DNA of 64,000 nucleotides from an uncultured Elusimicrobia bacterium (GTDB lineage Bacteria; Elusimicrobiota; Elusimicrobia; Elusimicrobiales; UBA9959): NCBI GenBank assembly GCA_903879915.1, contig CAIRNJ010000091.1, positions 95,718 to 159,717 of the forward strand, read 5' to 3'. Shown piece by piece: positions 59,773 to 64,000 of this stretch (position 1 is its first letter; each line of letters starts with the position of its first letter). The notes under the pieces were generated by a model. It saw only the letters and a program-made list of their open reading frames with translations, ran no database searches and was not told where the DNA came from. The position numbers and the translations under genes were made by a program.

Positions 59773-61026
59773 ATGAACAGTATATTTTTTGCCGCGCTGC
59801 TTGCGGTTTTAACGGCCCCGGCTTTCGCCGTAGAGGCGGATTTCGACGGGCGCTCGCCGGTATTGTCCGCGGCTTCTGCCGCCGCTGAAGGCTTTGTTCC
59901 CGCGGCGCCGCCCGCGGCCCGCGCCGGCGATCCCGCGGTAAGGGAATGGACCGTGATGGTGTTCGTCAACGCCAAGAACAACCTGGAGCGCTTCGGGCTC
60001 AGGGACGTGAACGAAATGGAACTGGCGGGCTCCACGGACAAAGTGGCGGTGGTGGCCGAACTGGGCCGCACCGCGCAGTACACCGCGGCGGAAGGCGGCT
60101 GGAAAGGCGCCCGGCGCTACCTGATAACCAAGGACACCGACACCGCGGCCATAAATTCCCCGGTGCTCCGGGACGCCGACTATCTGGACATGGGCGATTA
60201 CCGCAGCGTGATAGATTTCGCGAAGTGGGCCAAGGCCGCGTATCCGGCGAAGAAATACATGCTGGTGATCTGGAACCACGGCAGCGGCTGGGAAAGAAGC
60301 GGGGCCGCCGGCGGCCGGTGGATCTCCACCGACGAGCAGACCGGCCACAGGATCAGCACGCCGCAGCTGGCCGCGATCCTTAAGGAAATAGGCGGCGTGG
60401 ATATCTATGCCTCCGACGCCTGCCTGATGCAGATGGCCGAAGTGGTCTACGAACTGAAGGACCACGCCTCCTATATAGTCGGCTCCGAGGAGACCGAGCC
60501 CGCGGACGGCCAGCCTTACGACAGGCTGCTGGGCGCGCTGGGCGCCAGGCCGGAAATGACTCCGGAGGAACTTTCACGGGCGATGGTGGATGTTTACGCC
60601 GACTATTACGAGCAGTGGAAGCAGCCCACCACCGACAGCTATATCCGGACGGCCGCCCTGCCGGGCCTGCTGAAGGCGGCGAACGCTTTCACGGCCGCCC
60701 TTACGCGTTCGCGCGATAAAGCGGCTGCGAAAGCGGCCGCGGCCGGGGCGCAGAACTTTAACGCGCCGGATAACAAAGACCTTTACGATCTCGCCGAACT
60801 TGTGACGGCCAAAACCAGGAACGCCGACGTTAAGACCGCTGGCAAAACCCTGCTGGAATATTTAACCGGTACCCTGATAGGGCATAGCCGGGTTACGCAC
60901 GGCTGCCCCAAAGCGCATGGCCTGGCGGTGTATCTGCCGCCCTATGAGGCTTCGGGCCAGTACCAGGAGCTGCAGTGGGCGAAAGACTCCGGCTGGGACG
61001 AATTCATAAAATGGCAGGCGCAATAA
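59773..61026 (+). CDS. Secreted clostripain-family cysteine peptidase (C11)
   Basis: WTVMVFVNAKNNLE, LVIWNHGSGW (His-Gly) and YASDACLMQMAE (Cys). I chose the start at MNSIFFAALLAVLTAPAFA, which has a GGAGGG Shine-Dalgarno. The track start is 59758. Confidence 0.82.
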   Translation: MNSIFFAALLAVLTAPAFAVEADFDGRSPVLSAASAAAEGFVPAAPPAARAGDPAVREWTVMVFVNAKNNLERFGLRDVNEMELAGSTDKVAVVAELGRTAQYTAAEGGWKGARRYLITKDTDTAAINSPVLRDADYLDMGDYRSVIDFAKWAKAAYPAKKYMLVIWNHGSGWERSGAAGGRWISTDEQTGHRISTPQLAAILKEIGGVDIYASDACLMQMAEVVYELKDHASYIVGSEETEPADGQPYDRLLGALGARPEMTPEELSRAMVDVYADYYEQWKQPTTDSYIRTAALPGLLKAANAFTAALTRSRDKAAAKAAAAGAQNFNAPDNKDLYDLAELVTAKTRNADVKTAGKTLLEYLTGTLIGHSRVTHGCPKAHGLAVYLPPYEASGQYQELQWAKDSGWDEFIKWQAQ

Positions 61027-61078
61027 ATTTTCTGTCTGTCGTTGCGGCGGGTTTATTTATATAATGTAGGCACGCTTT

Positions 61079-61435
61079 ATGGAAGAAAAAATAAAAGCTG
61101 TCGGGAAAGTAATGCAGGTCTTTATGACCGTGTTCCTTTTTGGCTGGAGTCTCCTGGTTAACGGGGTTTTTTCACTGCCGACCCTGCTTTTGCTGGCCCT
61201 TGCCGTATTTGTCGTCTATAACAGATCGCGCGGCCTGGCCGACGAGCGGGACTGGCAGATCTTCCTTGTGTCCACCTATGTGACCTTCGGCCTGGCGCTT
61301 TGTTTTTTCATGGTATGCATGGTTTACCAGCATTTCAACCCGTTCTGGCTGTTTATCGGGCCGGGCCATCTTTTCGCCGGTCTGCTGGCCGCCCATATAG
61401 TTACCCATGTGGTTTTCAGAAAAGTTCTGAAGTGA
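61079..61435 (+). CDS. Small integral membrane protein (3-4 TM helices)
   Basis: Hydrophobic segments VFMTVFLFGWSLLV, LPTLLLLALAVFVV, FLVSTYVTFGLALCFFMVCMV and LFAGLLAAHIV. It is followed after 7 nt by a small XRE regulator, which is a common gene pair. Confidence 0.65.
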   Translation: MEEKIKAVGKVMQVFMTVFLFGWSLLVNGVFSLPTLLLLALAVFVVYNRSRGLADERDWQIFLVSTYVTFGLALCFFMVCMVYQHFNPFWLFIGPGHLFAGLLAAHIVTHVVFRKVLK

Positions 61436-61442
61436 ACTTAAG

Positions 61443-61676
61443 ATGGACAAACTCAAGAACAGGCTGCGGGTTTTAAGGGCCGAGAGGGACATCTCCCAGG
61501 AAGTGCTGGCCAAGGCCGTGGGCGTGTCGCGGCAGACCATCGTGGCCATCGAGGGGGAGGACTATTCCCCGTCCATCGTGCTGGCTTTGAAGGTAGCCCG
61601 TTACTTCGGTAAAAAAATGGAAGAGGTTTTCTGGCTTGAACCCGTTGCCGGCGAACCTCCGGGCGCAAAGCCGTAA
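61443..61676 (+). CDS. XRE-family HTH transcriptional regulator (77 aa)
   Basis: LRVLRAERDISQEVLAKAVGVSRQTIVAIEGEDYSPSIVLALKVARYFGKKMEEVF is the classic Cro/C1 HTH. Confidence 0.85.
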   Translation: MDKLKNRLRVLRAERDISQEVLAKAVGVSRQTIVAIEGEDYSPSIVLALKVARYFGKKMEEVFWLEPVAGEPPGAKP

Positions 61677-61714
61677 TCCCTTTTCTCCAACTGCCACGGA
61701 CCAAGAACGCAGAA

Positions 61715-61739
61715 GCAGCCCCCGGGCTGCTTTTTTTTT
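61715..61739 (+). terminator. Rho-independent terminator
   Basis: GCAGCC-cccg-GGCTGC followed by TTTTTTTTT. Confidence 0.75.
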
Positions 61740-61755
61740 GCTGAAGCCTGTTCCT

Positions 61756-63057
61756 TTACTGCCGTTTGTTCGCGGCGGGGTAGCCGCCCGGCCAGTCGGT
61801 GCCGGGCAGGTAGCTCGCGGCGTCCAGCTGCGGCATGGGGGCTTCCAGGTAGCCGAGCTTGGTAAGATATTCCGGCACGGCGTTGGGCAGCGTGGTTTTC
61901 AGATCGTAGCCTTTATTGGTCCACAGGGAGATCTTATTCTCGCGCGGCAGCACGCGGTTGAGCAGGATGACCAGATTATTGGTGCAGTTGTTCGTTACGA
62001 GGTGATATTTCTCGCCGGCCCTGTTCACCGCGGCCTGCCGCAGGGATTCCACCAGCAGCTGTCTCATCGCTTCCGGCTTCAGCTTCATGCGGTAAGGGAT
62101 CATCCGTTCTTTGTTCTTCACCACCCTGCCCAGGTAGTCTTCCCAGGTGGCCAGCAGCCAGACGATATCCAGCTGGCTTTTTACTCCCGCCTCCAGGCTG
62201 TACTCCTGTCCCTCGCGCAGATAGCCTTCTATAGAAAGCAGCAGGTTGGAGATCTCCCGGCCGGAAGTATCGGTCACCCCGCCTTTGGCGAACTTGAAAA
62301 GATACATCGAATGCGCGGCTATCCATTCCGGTTCGAAAGGTTTTTTAATGAAATACATCTCCTTGAGCAGTTCCGGCCGTATTTTGGCCGCGGCCCAGTC
62401 GAACTCCGTGCCGGCCGTACGCAGGTCACGGTGCCAGCGCACGTTCTTCATCGCTATGCCGTCCGTGCCGGCGGAAACCAGCTGCACGGGGCGGCTTACG
62501 GGCTGGTACGGCGGCAGCGCCGGAGAGTGCACGGCGGGGTCGTAAACTTCCGCCGACAGCACGCGGAGGAAGTCCAGCCGGTCCGCCTGCGTGGCCGCGG
62601 CCTCTATGTGCACCTGGCGGCCGAACAACCCTTCGGCGGATAATTTGCCGAACATAAGCTTAAAAACTCTGCCGTCGTCCACTTTGAAAGAAGCGGCCTT
62701 GGCGTCGCCGGTAAGCTGCCCGTTAAGCGAATAATGCACGCCGTAGCCGGGAAACTGGCCTTTGATAGCCTTGTTCACGAAAGCCAGGTTTTCAGGGGTT
62801 AGCTGAAGATTGGCAAGGTCCTGCGGGGTTAAGTTAAGCGGCAGGGTGCCGGCCCCGGCGCCCTTATCGATCTTTACCTCGGGGATGGCTATGGGCAGGG
62901 CGTTCGGCGCGGTCTTGCGGTCCTGCAGCGCGTCATACGCTCCGCCCGACGCCAGAGCGTCCCGCAGGTCCGCGGGCGGCGCGTTGTGCTGCTTCGGCCA
63001 GATCAAAATAGCCGCCGTTACTGCCAGGACCGACAGGAAAATGTCGTGCTTTTTCAT
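61756..63057 (-). CDS. Exported DUF4105-like (Lnb N-terminal-like) domain protein
   Basis: N-terminal anchor MKKHDIFLSVLAVTAAILIW. The C-terminal EKYHLVTNNCTNNLVILLNRV resembles the Y-x-x-x-x-NNCT motif of DUF4105. The + ORF 61636..62643 is an antisense shadow. Confidence 0.5.
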   Translation of the reverse strand: MKKHDIFLSVLAVTAAILIWPKQHNAPPADLRDALASGGAYDALQDRKTAPNALPIAIPEVKIDKGAGAGTLPLNLTPQDLANLQLTPENLAFVNKAIKGQFPGYGVHYSLNGQLTGDAKAASFKVDDGRVFKLMFGKLSAEGLFGRQVHIEAAATQADRLDFLRVLSAEVYDPAVHSPALPPYQPVSRPVQLVSAGTDGIAMKNVRWHRDLRTAGTEFDWAAAKIRPELLKEMYFIKKPFEPEWIAAHSMYLFKFAKGGVTDTSGREISNLLLSIEGYLREGQEYSLEAGVKSQLDIVWLLATWEDYLGRVVKNKERMIPYRMKLKPEAMRQLLVESLRQAAVNRAGEKYHLVTNNCTNNLVILLNRVLPRENKISLWTNKGYDLKTTLPNAVPEYLTKLGYLEAPMPQLDAASYLPGTDWPGGYPAANKRQ

Positions 63058-63207
63058 GGTGCCGCCTCCACTTTTCTGTTTAAACCGGATTAAGCCGGTT
63101 TATTTTGCGCGGCAGTATTAATATGCCGGCCTGCGGATGTAAACCCCGCTTGTCTATTATAAAGTAGCCAGACATACTTGTCAATACCCGGCCCGCCGCA
63201 GGTACTC

Positions 63208-63398
63208 GTGCCCCAACGGGGCACTAAAAACGCGCTTTAGGCGCGAGGGCCGGCGTAAGACAAAAGACTTTCCCGCCGGGTACTCGGCCTCTTACTGCGC
63301 GCGCGGATGTCACGTAGAATATATTACGACCCGGCGGCACAAGATCTGTCAGAACTGAGCGTTATGCCGCCGGTCAAACCGGGTCCAGGGAGAGAATT
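63208..63398 (+). promoter_or_regulatory. Type-2 upstream cassette, copy 2
   Basis: Hairpin GTGCCCC-aac-GGGGCAC at 63208..63224, then 23 nt, then GGCCGGCGTAAGACAAAAGACTTTCCCGCCGGGT...GCCTCTTA..., then TAGAAT at 63315..63320. The leader to ATG 63399 is 78 nt. Confidence 0.6.
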
Positions 63399-63908
63399 AT
63401 GAAAACTACAGGCAAGGCGGGTATGGCGGAGGAAAAGAGCGGGCAGGCGGAGGCGTTTAAGGCCTACGCCCTGTTCTCGGACTGGTTCGCGAACGGCAGG
63501 AAAATTCCTGTCGAGGAAATAGCCGCCCTGCAGAACTCCCGGCCTTTTCTGCCGGTAGAGAGCGTTACGGAGCAAGCCGGCTGCCGGCAGCGGCGGCTGG
63601 ACCTTGCGGCGCATAAATTCAGCTTCAACCTCGGCCCGGCCGGGTACAGGTTCTCTTATCTCACGTCCAAGCGCAAGCCCGCGTTCACCAACGAAAGGGT
63701 GTTCCTGAGCACGGGGGAAGTATACCTTTCCCGCCCGGAGGAAGGGGGGAAGTCCGTGATGCGGCTGGAACTGCGCAGGAACGGGGACAAGGTTATAGGT
63801 AAAATACGCGTCCGGCGGGCAGCCGGGGCCTTGGCGCCGGACCGTAAGGCAGGCCGCCCTGTTCAGCCGTACGTTAAAGAGGAAGGCTATTTTGCCGTAA
63901 GCGGGTGA
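63399..63908 (+). CDS. Hypothetical protein (no signal peptide)
   Basis: 169-aa ORF with a GGGAGAGAA Shine-Dalgarno region. I recognised no motif. Confidence 0.5.
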   Translation: MKTTGKAGMAEEKSGQAEAFKAYALFSDWFANGRKIPVEEIAALQNSRPFLPVESVTEQAGCRQRRLDLAAHKFSFNLGPAGYRFSYLTSKRKPAFTNERVFLSTGEVYLSRPEEGGKSVMRLELRRNGDKVIGKIRVRRAAGALAPDRKAGRPVQPYVKEEGYFAVSG

Positions 63909-63942
63909 TCCGCGGGAGACCGGCCGCCGCCGGAACGGTAAA

Positions 63943-63979
63943 GGCTTCGGGCAGGTACGTACTGCCCGGAGCCTTTTTT
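63943..63979 (+). terminator. Rho-independent terminator
   Basis: GGCTTCGGGCAG-gtacgta-CTGCCCGGAGCC followed by TTTTTT. Confidence 0.7.
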
Positions 63980-64000
63980 ATAAGTTAAAATTAGACAGGT

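Noticed and set aside
12946-62643. Many long ORFs antisense to called genes, e.g. 12946..14163(+), 19647..20924(+), 20958..21638(+), 22766..24877(+), 26066..26857(+), 27088..27963(+), 35886..37190(+), 39428..41206(+), 52051..52917(-), 57634..58887(-), 61636..62643(+)
   Set aside because: These are typical high-GC shadow frames. They are Arg/Gly/Val/His/Pro-rich and lack a Shine-Dalgarno, signal peptide or motifs. In every case the opposite strand carries a protein with a signal peptide, family motifs or paralogs.

Overview
GC-rich bacterial chromosomal window with about 55 genes, mostly on the minus strand. I recognised no rRNA, tRNA, CRISPR array, transposase, integrase or phage structural genes.

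The left ~18 kb is mostly housekeeping:
- galT (partial) and lacZ
- an M32 carboxypeptidase
- tmRNA (ssrA)
- a three-gene envelope operon led by an outer-membrane protein
- thpR, a CorA-like channel and a PAP2 phosphatase

From ~18.7 kb onward the window is a dense island of more than 30 signal-peptide proteins:
- lipid-active enzymes: phospholipase D, a Zn-phospholipase-C-like protein, an APP1-like lipid phosphatase, and two lipase/esterase-type alpha/beta hydrolases
- peptidases of families S8, S1, C1 and C11
- wall-active proteins: an L,D-transpeptidase, a CE4 deacetylase and a frameshifted lambda-type lysozyme
- two FGE/SUMF1-domain proteins, a kinase-like protein and a protein-glutaminase-like protein
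- paralogous families with no domain I can name: three 728-768 aa proteins, Cys-repeat proteins, a 19-aa tandem-repeat protein and a His/Gly/Pro-rich protein

The strongest signal is non-coding. Twelve copies of a rigid ~114-bp upstream cassette precede unrelated transcription units. Each reads 17-nt palindrome, 16 nt, TAAGCCGCCGCTCCTGGG, 30 nt, GCCTCAGG, 18 nt, GGTAAACT, then a variable leader. Two copies of a related second cassette type are also present. Four paralogous HTH regulators (TIGR02147/DUF4423-like by my reading) are interspersed, and two of them are divergent from cassettes. Several cassette-driven genes also share a near-identical signal-peptide module fused to unrelated mature domains.

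I interpret this as a previously undescribed promoter/regulon architecture controlling a secreted hydrolase arsenal. That interpretation is inference from sequence only. No database search or computation was run.
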